A stretch of DNA of 64,000 bases from contig JBEKEI010000011.1 of the NCBI GenBank assembly GCA_050013915.1, positions 73 to 64,072 on the forward strand. Direction: 5' to 3'. The notes below the pieces were generated by a model. That model searched no databases and had not been told where the DNA came from. It saw nothing but the letters and a program-made list of their open reading frames with translations. Both the position numbers and the translations under genes were made by a program. This document shows, in pieces, positions 38,469-46,683 of the stretch. The first letter of the stretch is position 1. The number at the start of each line of letters is the position of its first letter. This stretch comes from Roseiarcus sp. GTDB taxonomy: Bacteria > Pseudomonadota > Alphaproteobacteria > Rhizobiales > Beijerinckiaceae.

Positions 38469-39937
38469 GCGCCGGCTCGCGAATGCAGCGCGATCCGGAA
38501 GCCGGGCCGTTCGACGACGATATCGCGCGCCGCCGGGCGCTCGGCGAGCTTCCTCAGCAGCGCGAGCACCGGCGAAATCTCGGGCGTGTAGCCGCTCCGC
38601 CCGCTGCCCGCGGCGAGCATGGCGTCGACCTGCTCGCCCGGCATGACCGCGCGCAGCAGGAACTCCTCCTCGTCCATCGTCGCGCCGAAGCGGCGGCGCA
38701 GGTCCGCCAGCGCGGGAAAATCGTCCTCGCGCTCGAGTTCGCGCGCGCGCGGCCGATCGAGGATCGCGGCCTCGACCGCGGGATCGACGGGCCGGGTCGG
38801 TCTGCCGAACTTGCCCATGACGTAGCGCATCACCTGGTCGGAAACCTGTGCATAGCGGCGCGCGCCGACGACGTTGAACAGCGCCTGCGTGCAGACCATC
38901 TGCGGGAACGGCGTCACCATGATCGGCTCGCCGAGATCGCGTCTGACCTGGACCGTCTCGGCGATCACTTCGGGCAGCCGGCTCTCGAGTTTCAACTCGG
39001 CGAGCTGGCGGACCATCGTCGTCATCACGCCGCCGGCGATCTGATGCCCGAGAAAGCTGGCGTCGAAGCTCTGCGGCCGGCCCGGCGGCAATCCCTCCGC
39101 AGCCGCGAGCCGCCGCCAGTAGTCGCCGACCTTGCCGAGCATCGCGTCATCGATCGGAACCGCATGGCCGAGCGCGCGAAGATTGGCGACCATCCGCTCG
39201 GCTTCGGGCAGCGACGTGCCCTCGCCGGCCGGCCCGATCCCGACATGGACGGCGGACGCGCCTTCCTCGGCGCCGGCGAGACTCGACAGCGCGCCGTAGC
39301 CGATCGTGCAATGGACGTGCATTTCGAGCCGCTTGGCGCCGATCGTCGCCTTTACCGCGCGCGCGAGCGTGCGCGCGCGGTCGGGGCTCATCAGGCCCGA
39401 GGGATCCTTCAGGTAGAAGAGGTCGATGTCGGGACTGGCGGCGAGTCGCCGCGCATAGGCAGCATAGAACGCGTCGTCGTGGATGTCTGAGAGCGTGAAG
39501 GTGAGCGCGGCCATCACCTCGGCGTCGCCTTCCTCCTTGATGATCCGCGCCGCCGCCAGGACGGCCTCCACGTCGTGCATCGGTTCGAGCACGCTGAACC
39601 GCCTGACGCCGTTGACCTGCAGGCGTCGATAGACGAGTCGCATGAAGTCGGGATCGGCCTGCTGCCAGGCGATGAAGCGCAGTCCCGTGGTGATGAACTG
39701 CAGCGGCGTGCGCGGCATCGCCGCGCGCATGCGCCGGATTCGCTCCCAGGGGTTGTTGCGGAAATACCGTACGGCGACCGCCATATGGCTCGACGAGGTG
39801 AAATCGATCGCGCGAAAGCCGACCCGGTCAAGCGCGCCGGCGATCTCCAGCATATGATGGGTGCCGAGGCCGGTCGCGCCCCACAGGCTCTGGTTGCCGT
39901 CGCGCATCGAGACGTCGACGACGCCGATCTCAGCCAC
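38465..39937 (-). CDS. carboxyltransferase subunit (pyruvate-carboxyltransferase/HMGL-like TIM barrel), no fused biotin domain
   Basis: GTG 39937 overlaps the biotin carboxylase stop. VDVSMRDGNQSLW...LKDPSGLMSP...MHVHCTIGYG. Confidence 0.7.
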   Translation of the reverse strand: MAEIGVVDVSMRDGNQSLWGATGLGTHHMLEIAGALDRVGFRAIDFTSSSHMAVAVRYFRNNPWERIRRMRAAMPRTPLQFITTGLRFIAWQQADPDFMRLVYRRLQVNGVRRFSVLEPMHDVEAVLAAARIIKEEGDAEVMAALTFTLSDIHDDAFYAAYARRLAASPDIDLFYLKDPSGLMSPDRARTLARAVKATIGAKRLEMHVHCTIGYGALSSLAGAEEGASAVHVGIGPAGEGTSLPEAERMVANLRALGHAVPIDDAMLGKVGDYWRRLAAAEGLPPGRPQSFDASFLGHQIAGGVMTTMVRQLAELKLESRLPEVIAETVQVRRDLGEPIMVTPFPQMVCTQALFNVVGARRYAQVSDQVMRYVMGKFGRPTRPVDPAVEAAILDRPRARELEREDDFPALADLRRRFGATMDEEEFLLRAVMPGEQVDAMLAAGSGRSGYTPEISPVLALLRKLAERPAARDIVVERPGFRIALHSRAGA

Positions 39938-41267
39938 GGTCCATACCCTCGAAGAAGCCTGTGTCGACGCCGCCGGCGATGAAGCGCGGGTCCGCCGCGA
40001 TGCGTCGATGCAGACCGACCGTGCTGGCGACGCCGCCAATCTCGGTCGCGACGAGCGCCGCGCTCAGCCGGGCTACCGCTTCTTCGCGCGTCGCGCCCAG
40101 GACGATCAGCTTGCCAAGGAGCGAATCATAGTAGGGTGGAACATTCGAGCCGACGCCTATGTGGGTGTCCACCCGGATTCCAGGTCCCGCGGGCCATTGG
40201 GCGGCGACGACCCGCCCCGGCGATGGGCGAAAATCGTCGCGCCAGTCCTCGGCGTTGATGCGAACCTCGATCGCGTGGCCGCTGCAGGCGGCCAGATCCT
40301 GGGCGATCGAGAGCCGCTGGCCGTCCGCGATCAGCAATTGCTGTTCGATCAGGTCGAGCCCGGTGACCGCCTCGGTGACCGGATGTTCGACCTGGATTCG
40401 CGCGTTCATCTCGAGAAAGTAGAATTCATGCGATTCGGCGTCGACGAGGAATTCGACCGTGCCGGCGCCGCGATAGGCGAGATGGCGGGCGATGCGGACG
40501 GCGGCGTCGGCGATCGCGCGAAGTCTCGCCTCGGGAATGCCTGGCGCAGGCGCCTCCTCGACGAGCTTCTGGAAGCGCCGCTGTATCGAACAGTCGCGCG
40601 TTCCCAGCTGGATCGCCTCCCGGCCGTCGCCGAGCACCTGGACCTCGACGTGCCGGCCGCGACCGATATAGCGCTCGACATAGATGCGCGGATCGCCGAA
40701 CGCCGCGCGCGCCTCTGCCATGGCGAGATCGATCCGCGAATCGAGCTCGTCAGACCGGTCGACGCGTTTCATGCCGCGACCGCCGCCGCCGGAAACCGCC
40801 TTCAGCAGGAGCGGAAATCCGGTCCTCGCGGCCTGCGCGGCGGCGGCTTCCTTGGTCTCGGCCTCCCCGCCCGGGACGACCGGCAGGCCGGCCGCGACGG
40901 CGATCCGGCGCGCCATCAATTTGTCGCCCATAGCGTCGAGGCTCGACGGATCCGGGCCGACGAAGACGATCCCCGCCGCGATCGCGGCGCGCGCAAATCC
41001 GGCGTTTTCCGAGAGAAAGCCATAGCCGGGATGGATCGCGTCGGCGCGCGCGGCCCGCGCGGCGGCCACCGTGCGTTCGATCGACAGATAGCTCAGCGCC
41101 GGCGGCGCGGGGCCGACGATCGCGACCTCGTCGGCGATGAGCGCCGGAGCCGAGTCCCGATCGGCCTCGGATGCGCCGAGGATCGTCGTCATGCCGAGTC
41201 GGCGCGCGGTGCGGATGATGCGCTGCGCGATCTCGCCCCGGTTGGCGACGAACAGGCGGCGGATCAT
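39930..41267 (-). CDS. biotin carboxylase (AccC-like ATP-grasp)
   Basis: MIRRLFVANRGEIAQRIIRTARRLG...HPGYGFLSENA...GGGGRGM...EMNARIQVEHPVTE. Confidence 0.85.
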   Translation of the reverse strand: MIRRLFVANRGEIAQRIIRTARRLGMTTILGASEADRDSAPALIADEVAIVGPAPPALSYLSIERTVAAARAARADAIHPGYGFLSENAGFARAAIAAGIVFVGPDPSSLDAMGDKLMARRIAVAAGLPVVPGGEAETKEAAAAQAARTGFPLLLKAVSGGGGRGMKRVDRSDELDSRIDLAMAEARAAFGDPRIYVERYIGRGRHVEVQVLGDGREAIQLGTRDCSIQRRFQKLVEEAPAPGIPEARLRAIADAAVRIARHLAYRGAGTVEFLVDAESHEFYFLEMNARIQVEHPVTEAVTGLDLIEQQLLIADGQRLSIAQDLAACSGHAIEVRINAEDWRDDFRPSPGRVVAAQWPAGPGIRVDTHIGVGSNVPPYYDSLLGKLIVLGATREEAVARLSAALVATEIGGVASTVGLHRRIAADPRFIAGGVDTGFFEGMDRG

Positions 41268-41725
41268 GCCGCGTCCAGCCTGATCCAGATCAGAACCGCC
41301 TCGGCGTCGACCGAGCCGCCGTTCGGGGCGACGATTTCTTCGACCGCGCCCGAACAGCCGGCCGGGACCGAGGTCATCAGCTTCATGGTCTCGATGATGC
41401 CGACGACCGTGTCGGGCGCGACGCGGTCGCCGACCTCGACGAACGGCGGGGCGCCCGGTTGCGGCGCCCGGTAGAAGACGCCCGGCAGCGGCGGCCGGAT
41501 CGCCAGCGCGCCCGGGGGGCCGACCTCGGCGGCGCGGCCCTCGGGCGCGGGCGCGGCGACCGGGGCCGCCCCTTGCCACGAGACCTCCTGCGACCAGCCC
41601 TCGCCGGCTCGGCTGACCCGCAGCGTGAAGCGACCGGTCGTGATGTCGAGGCGGTCGTAGGCGGACTTGTCGAGGATCGTCACGATCTCGGCGACATCCT
41701 CGCTCGTGATCGGGATTTCCGTCAT
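41264..41725 (-). CDS. biotin carboxyl carrier protein (stand-alone)
   Basis: 153 aa. An AccB-like N-terminus, then PLPGVFYRAPQPGAPPFVEVGDRV...IIETMKLM (biotinyl-Lys motif). Confidence 0.75.
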   Translation of the reverse strand: MTEIPITSEDVAEIVTILDKSAYDRLDITTGRFTLRVSRAGEGWSQEVSWQGAAPVAAPAPEGRAAEVGPPGALAIRPPLPGVFYRAPQPGAPPFVEVGDRVAPDTVVGIIETMKLMTSVPAGCSGAVEEIVAPNGGSVDAEAVLIWIRLDAA

Positions 41726-42951
41726 GCCGCCGCCTTTCCCTTCGTCATCTCGCGGACGCCGTCGGCGAGCGCGCTCGCGAATTCCGCATCGTTGATGTGG
41801 CAGTCGAACTGACGAACCTCGACATGGGCCGGCATCGTGCGCGCGACATAGTCGGCGAGGCGCGGCGGCAGCGACGGCTCGTACAGATGGCCTTCGGGGC
41901 TGTCGTGATGGGAGAAGCCGCGCAGAGGAATGTAGAAGCGCACCGGGCCGGCCGCGTCGCGCACGATCCCGGCGACGTGATCGGCGAGCCGCTGGAGATC
42001 GGCCTCGTTGGTCCGCACCGCGGTGAGCGCCGCGTTGTGGATGTGAAACGGCCGTCCGCCGAACGGGTCGTCGCCCACCGCCATCGGCGAGGGCATGATG
42101 TAGAAGTCGGTGTTGCCGGGCGCGAAAATCGTCGGGATTCCGCGCGCGATGCCCGCGGTCGCGCGGTCGGGGCCGGCCGTGCAGATTCCGTTGTGGAGGT
42201 GGTCGTTGATCTCGACGAGCGACATGTCGACGATCGCGGCGACGTCGCGCTCGGCGGCGATCGAATCGAGGGTCTTGCCGCCGTTCCCGGTCGTGTGGAA
42301 CGCCATGACTTCGTAACCGTCCGCCTCGAGGCTCTCGCGCAGCGCGCGCATGCCGCGCTCGGTCGTCCCCAGAGTGCTGATCAGCACGAGCGGACGCCCG
42401 TCCGCGCGGGTCGGACGATACGCATGGGCCATTCCGGCCATGGCGGCGGCGCCGTTGCGGAAGACCTCGCGCGCGATGCTGTTGAGACCCGAGATGTCGC
42501 AGACCGCGTTGAGCATCGCAATGTCCTTCAGCCCGACGAACGGCGCGGTGAAGCCGGAGGCGAGCGTCGAGATCATCAGTTTCGGCAGGCCGTAGGGGAA
42601 CGCGCGCATGACCGTCGTCCCGAGCGTGGTTCCCATCGAGCCGCCGATCGAAAGTATGCCGGCGAGGCCGAGCCGCTCGTGGGCGTCGAGCGCGAGCTTG
42701 ATCGCGCCCTCGATCATCACCGCCTGGCACTTTCCCTCGTGTCCGAGCGCGCGCACCTCCTCGATCGTCCTGCCGGCCGCGCCGGCGATCTCCTCGGGCG
42801 ATATTTCCGCGCCGCCCAGAGTGCGCCGCACGCTGGCGTCGAGATGGACCACCTCGCAGTCGGCGGCTTCCAGCTGGTTGCGGAGGAAGCGACCCTCCTC
42901 TTCCTTGGTGTCCTGGGTGACAATCAGCAGAACCTTGGGTTTGCTTGCCAT
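41722..42951 (-). CDS. UPF0261 / Tm-1-like ATP-binding protein
   Basis: 409 aa from ATG 42951. MASKPKVLLIVTQDTKEEEGRFLRNQLE...GGSMGT...HTTGNGG. Its stop overlaps the BCCP start (ATGA). Confidence 0.7.
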   Translation of the reverse strand: MASKPKVLLIVTQDTKEEEGRFLRNQLEAADCEVVHLDASVRRTLGGAEISPEEIAGAAGRTIEEVRALGHEGKCQAVMIEGAIKLALDAHERLGLAGILSIGGSMGTTLGTTVMRAFPYGLPKLMISTLASGFTAPFVGLKDIAMLNAVCDISGLNSIAREVFRNGAAAMAGMAHAYRPTRADGRPLVLISTLGTTERGMRALRESLEADGYEVMAFHTTGNGGKTLDSIAAERDVAAIVDMSLVEINDHLHNGICTAGPDRATAGIARGIPTIFAPGNTDFYIMPSPMAVGDDPFGGRPFHIHNAALTAVRTNEADLQRLADHVAGIVRDAAGPVRFYIPLRGFSHHDSPEGHLYEPSLPPRLADYVARTMPAHVEVRQFDCHINDAEFASALADGVREMTKGKAAA

Positions 42952-42997
42952 GATGAGAGTCCGACGTTCGAGCCTGCGAGCCCGCCAAGTGGGCGGC

Positions 42998-43034
42998 ATC
43001 GGCGCCGACCCTAGCGGGAACGATCGGCGCCGAC
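42998..43034. promoter_or_regulatory. two copies of ATCGGCGCCGAC (palindromic core TCGGCGCCGA), 25 bp centre to centre
   Basis: Perfect 12-mers at 42998-43009 and 43023-43034, in the 144-bp gap between the AraC gene and the UPF0261 start. Candidate operator pair. Confidence 0.3.
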
Positions 43035-43095
43035 TTTCAGAGACGCGCAGCGGAGTTGAAAAATTCGGCAACGAGCGCGAACGCCGCCGCCGCAT

Positions 43096-44061
43096 TCAGC
43101 GACCATCCGATCCCCCGGAAGGGCGATCGGCGCCGTAGGTCCGGGGAGAAACGCCGTAGGCGTGATGGAAGCAGCGCGAGAAATAGCCGGAATCGTTGAA
43201 GCCGCAATCATAGGCGATCCGGGTGATCGAGGCGCGGCCGCGCTCGGCGCGCAATCGCTCGGCGGCGCGGCGCAGGCGGTTGTCGAGAATGAACGCGCTC
43301 GCTGTCGTCGACAGGCTCTCGAAGACCGACTGGATCGAACGCGGACTGACGCGCAGCGCGCGCGCGATCGACGAGGTGCGCAGGTCCGCATCCAACAGAT
43401 TGGCGCGCACATGCTCGAGGACCGCCCGACGCAGTTCGGCGGAGGGACCGGCGCCGGCGCACTCGAACGATTGCCCGATCGCGCGCAGCGCCAGATCCAG
43501 CCCGACGCGGCCGACGCACTCTCGCCAGTCGGCGTCGTCGGCGAGGCAGGCGATCTGGCTCCAGGCCGCGCGGATGAAGGCGATCAGGAGCCGCGAAGCG
43601 TTCGCGTCGATTCCCCGCCCCGCGGCCTGGTCGAGATCGAAAGCGGGCTGGCGCAGCGCGATGTCGGACACCGGCAATTCAAAGACGAAGAGTTCATAGG
43701 GTGTGACGAAATCGACGCCGTATCCGCGGTCGGGATCGCAGAGGGCGGCGCCGCCCGCGCTGATCGTCGTCTCGCGCCCCCCTTGCCGGTTCACTCCCGT
43801 TCCCGCGACCTGAAGATGGAGAAAGGCCGATCCGGTCCTTTTGGGCGGCGCGTTCGTCGCCCAGCGTCTCACCCTCGACCGCTGCGCCCGAATCTTGACC
43901 AGCCCGATCCGGCCGATTTTGACGCCGGCCAGCTTGCCGTCGAATTCGGGCCCGTCCGCATCGACCGCGCAGCCGGGGAAGGTATCGCCGACGATCTCGT
44001 TCCAATCGTCCAACTTCGCGGCGCGCCGTACGGGCGCGGCGCTGCTTCCGACGCCAAGCAA
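43096..44061 (-). CDS. AraC-family transcriptional regulator
   Basis: C-terminal SIARALRVSPRSIQSVFE...ITRIAYDCGFNDSGYFSRCFHHAYGVSPRTY. TTG 44061 is preceded by GGGAGG. The ORF is open to ATG 44235, but that extension has poor codon bias. Confidence 0.7.
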   Translation of the reverse strand: MLGVGSSAAPVRRAAKLDDWNEIVGDTFPGCAVDADGPEFDGKLAGVKIGRIGLVKIRAQRSRVRRWATNAPPKRTGSAFLHLQVAGTGVNRQGGRETTISAGGAALCDPDRGYGVDFVTPYELFVFELPVSDIALRQPAFDLDQAAGRGIDANASRLLIAFIRAAWSQIACLADDADWRECVGRVGLDLALRAIGQSFECAGAGPSAELRRAVLEHVRANLLDADLRTSSIARALRVSPRSIQSVFESLSTTASAFILDNRLRRAAERLRAERGRASITRIAYDCGFNDSGYFSRCFHHAYGVSPRTYGADRPSGGSDGR

Positions 44062-44750
44062 TCCTGCCTCCCGATCGCGGATCTCGTCACGCCGTTTCGG
44101 CGCTGCGCCCGCACCCAAAGACGCTAACACCGGGGAAATTTTGGCGCAACGCCGCGCGCGCCCGATGCAAAGCTGATCGGCCACAGCCGCCAATCCGCAT
44201 CGCGAGCTCCACCCCAATCCCCGCATGAACGGCATCGGGCCTGGGCGGCGGAGGCCTCGATCTTGTCATAGCCGTTGAGGCGGTGGACAACTAGGAAATC
44301 AGCCAGGCGGCGATGAAAACGCCGACGATCTCATACAGCCGAGCATGCCGAAATCGTCGTTCAACGATCCGATTGCGCCCCGGAACCCGCCGCCGTCGGT
44401 CAGGCCGGCGAATTCGTCGGACATGCCGATCGTGACCCGCTCAATGCCCTCGCCGTCCCGTTTCGCCTCGCGCGGGTGGGTGAAACTTCGACCAGTTTTT
44501 CATAGCTGTCGGGCAGCGGCAAGAGCCCCCTCTGGCGCGCGTCCGGGGCGCCGCGGCCGGCGAATGCGCGGCACGGCGGAAAGGCTTCCGGTGATCGCGA
44601 ATTTCCGCTACGCTGAGCGGTGGATCGCGGCTGGCCGGTCTCCGGAGAGCGATTTCAGCGCTCGGCCGCGCGGGCGGCGAAGGTCGCTCCGCGATCGGTT
44701 CGACGCCTGAACTCTGGAACTGTCGTTTCCTGATCGGCAAGCTGGATGGC

Positions 44751-46199
44751 ATGGACTCGCCCGGGACAGTTCTGATCGCCTCACAGGCCGAGAGCGAGTG
44801 GTCGGCCACCACCAGCATGCTGGCCGACGACTTTGGCTATCGCGTCCTGGTCGCCCGCTCGTCCGCGGAGACGGCCAAGGCGTTCCGCGACGTCCACGTT
44901 GATCTCGTCATCGCCGACGACGCCGCCGCGATCGACGGACGCAGCATCCTCGCCGGGCTTCGCATCTCCCATCCCGACATCATCCGGGTTCTGGTCGTCG
45001 ACGCGGAATGTGTCCTGACGCCAGGCGCGATCGCGGCGATGGCGGTGTACCAATTCGTTCGCAAACCGATCGACGCCCAGCAGATCAGCCTCGTCGTCGA
45101 GCGCGGGCTGGAGACCCGGGAACTTGCTCGCCGGCACCGCCTGCTGTCGCGCGAGTTCAAGGTCAAGGGCGACTCGACGGTTTTCAACGAGGGCCGCGGT
45201 CTGCCGTTTCGTCCCGAAAGCCAGCGCTTCGAGAAGCTCGTCTTCGTCAGCGAGAAACTGGCGGATCTGTGCGATCTCGCCCGCAAGGCCGCCAGGACCG
45301 AATTGCCGATCCTGATCCAGGGCGAGACGGGCACCGGGAAAGAGCTGCTGGCGCGCGCGATACACTACAACTCGCCCCGTCGCGCCAGTCCGCTCATGGT
45401 TCAGAACTGCGGCGGCATGCCGGACGATCTCCTCCACTCCGAGCTGTTCGGCCACAAGCGCGGCGCCTATACGGGCGCCATTTCGGATCGGCTGGGCCTG
45501 TTTCGCGCCGCCGATGGCGGGACGGTCTTTCTCGACGAAATCTCGGAGGTCTCGCCCTCCTTCCAGATCGCCCTCCTGCGCTTCCTCCAGGAGGGCGAGG
45601 TGAAGCCGCTCGGCTCCGACCGGACCGAGTTCTGCAACGTCAGGATCATCGCCGCGGCCAATCGTCCCTTGCGAAAGCTCGTGGCGGCCGGGGCCTATCG
45701 CCAGGATCTCTATTTCAGGCTGAAGGGCTTCGAACTCGAGGTGCCGCCGCTGCGGGACCGGCCGGACGACATTCCGGCGCTCGCCGAGTTTTTCGCAGCC
45801 AAGCACAGCGACGCGATCGGCAGGAAAATCCTCGGCCTCTCGGCCGGCGTCGTCGAAAAGCTGGTCGCCTTCGACTTTCCCGGCAATGTCCGGGAACTCG
45901 AGAACGAAATCCGGCGGATGGTCGCGCTCGCGAAGGACGGCGAATATCTGACCACGCAGAACCTGTCGCCGATGCTGCTCGCAGCCCCGCCGCGCGACGC
46001 GCCGGCGCGCCATGGCTTCGCGCCGGTGGGAGCCACGCTGAAGGACAAGGTCGAGAACCTCGAGAAGCACCTCGTTCGCGAGGTTCTCCAGCGCCATCGA
46101 TGGAATCAGAGCCGCGCCGCCAGCGAACTCGGCCTGTCCAGGGTTGGCCTCGCCAACAAGATCCGGCGCTATGACCTCGACGGCGCGGACCGGAGATAG
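44751..46199 (+). CDS. sigma-54-dependent NtrC/HoxA/HupR-like response regulator
   Basis: 482 aa. Receiver domain (DLVIADD, KP), AAA+ domain (GETGTGKE, GAYTGA, RxDLYFRL) and Fis-type HTH (NQSRAASELGLSRVGLANKIRRY). Confidence 0.85.
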   Translation: MDSPGTVLIASQAESEWSATTSMLADDFGYRVLVARSSAETAKAFRDVHVDLVIADDAAAIDGRSILAGLRISHPDIIRVLVVDAECVLTPGAIAAMAVYQFVRKPIDAQQISLVVERGLETRELARRHRLLSREFKVKGDSTVFNEGRGLPFRPESQRFEKLVFVSEKLADLCDLARKAARTELPILIQGETGTGKELLARAIHYNSPRRASPLMVQNCGGMPDDLLHSELFGHKRGAYTGAISDRLGLFRAADGGTVFLDEISEVSPSFQIALLRFLQEGEVKPLGSDRTEFCNVRIIAAANRPLRKLVAAGAYRQDLYFRLKGFELEVPPLRDRPDDIPALAEFFAAKHSDAIGRKILGLSAGVVEKLVAFDFPGNVRELENEIRRMVALAKDGEYLTTQNLSPMLLAAPPRDAPARHGFAPVGATLKDKVENLEKHLVREVLQRHRWNQSRAASELGLSRVGLANKIRRYDLDGADRR

Positions 46200-46204
46200 G
46201 CGCG

Positions 46205-46450
46205 ATGGTCGATCCGGACGATCCCGGCGGCAACCAGCGAGGCGGCGAGATCGTCCGCTTTCCGCAGTCCCGGCTGCGCCCGGCCGGCCGCGGCCAGAGG
46301 TTCCGGGAACTCGGTACGAGCCGGCTCGCCGCGCGTCTCGGATATCCGGACCGGCAGGCGACCGGCCACTGGTGCAGCCGCTGTCGCGGCATCTGGTACG
46401 GTTACCTGCTCGAAGCGACCTGTCCCGTTTGCGGCAACCGGCGCGGCTGA
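46205..46450 (+). CDS. zinc-ribbon small protein (CxxC-N15-CxxC)
   Basis: 81 aa. GGAGA lies 10 nt upstream of the ATG, and GC3 bias is strong. ...HWCSRCRGIWYGYLLEATCPVCGN. No family recognised. Confidence 0.45.
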   Translation: MVDPDDPGGNQRGGEIVRFPQSRLRPAGRGQRFRELGTSRLAARLGYPDRQATGHWCSRCRGIWYGYLLEATCPVCGNRRG

Positions 46451-46494
46451 ACCCGTAGCGCCGCGAGCGCGATCGCGCGATCTCTGTATAAACG

Positions 46495-46514
46495 TGCTTT
46501 GCAATAGCAAAGCA
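46495..46514. promoter_or_regulatory. perfect palindrome TGCTTTGC-AATA-GCAAAGCA, candidate enhancer (UAS)
   Basis: Lies about 105 bp upstream of the -24 element. A second palindrome, CTGATATCAG (46576-46585), lies in between. Confidence 0.35.
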
Positions 46515-46609
46515 ACCTTGCTGCGGCGAGTCCCCCGATCCACGCCAAGAGACCCGTGAGCTTTCGTCTAATCGACTGATATCAGATGGTTTTCCCGCAC
46601 GATCGGCGT

Positions 46610-46625
46610 TGGCACGTGAAATGCT
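46610..46625 (+). promoter_or_regulatory. sigma-54 (-24/-12) promoter
   Basis: TGGCACgtgaaATGCT. The GG and GC doublets are 12 nt apart, as in TGGCAC-N5-TTGC. It lies 59 nt upstream of the small-subunit ATG and next to an enhancer-binding-protein gene. Confidence 0.55.
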
Positions 46626-46683
46626 CGGCAGGTATCGGCCTCGCGACGCCGAGGCCCCGCGAAGAGCGCACCGGGAGGAAACG

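Noticed and set aside
44299-44424. 41-codon minus-strand ORF (MSDEFAGLTDGGGF...), with a hydrophobic tail in a neighbouring frame, between the AraC gene and the sigma-54 activator gene.
   Set aside because: It has no Shine-Dalgarno sequence, would need a frameshift to make a sensible membrane peptide, and matches no recognisable family.
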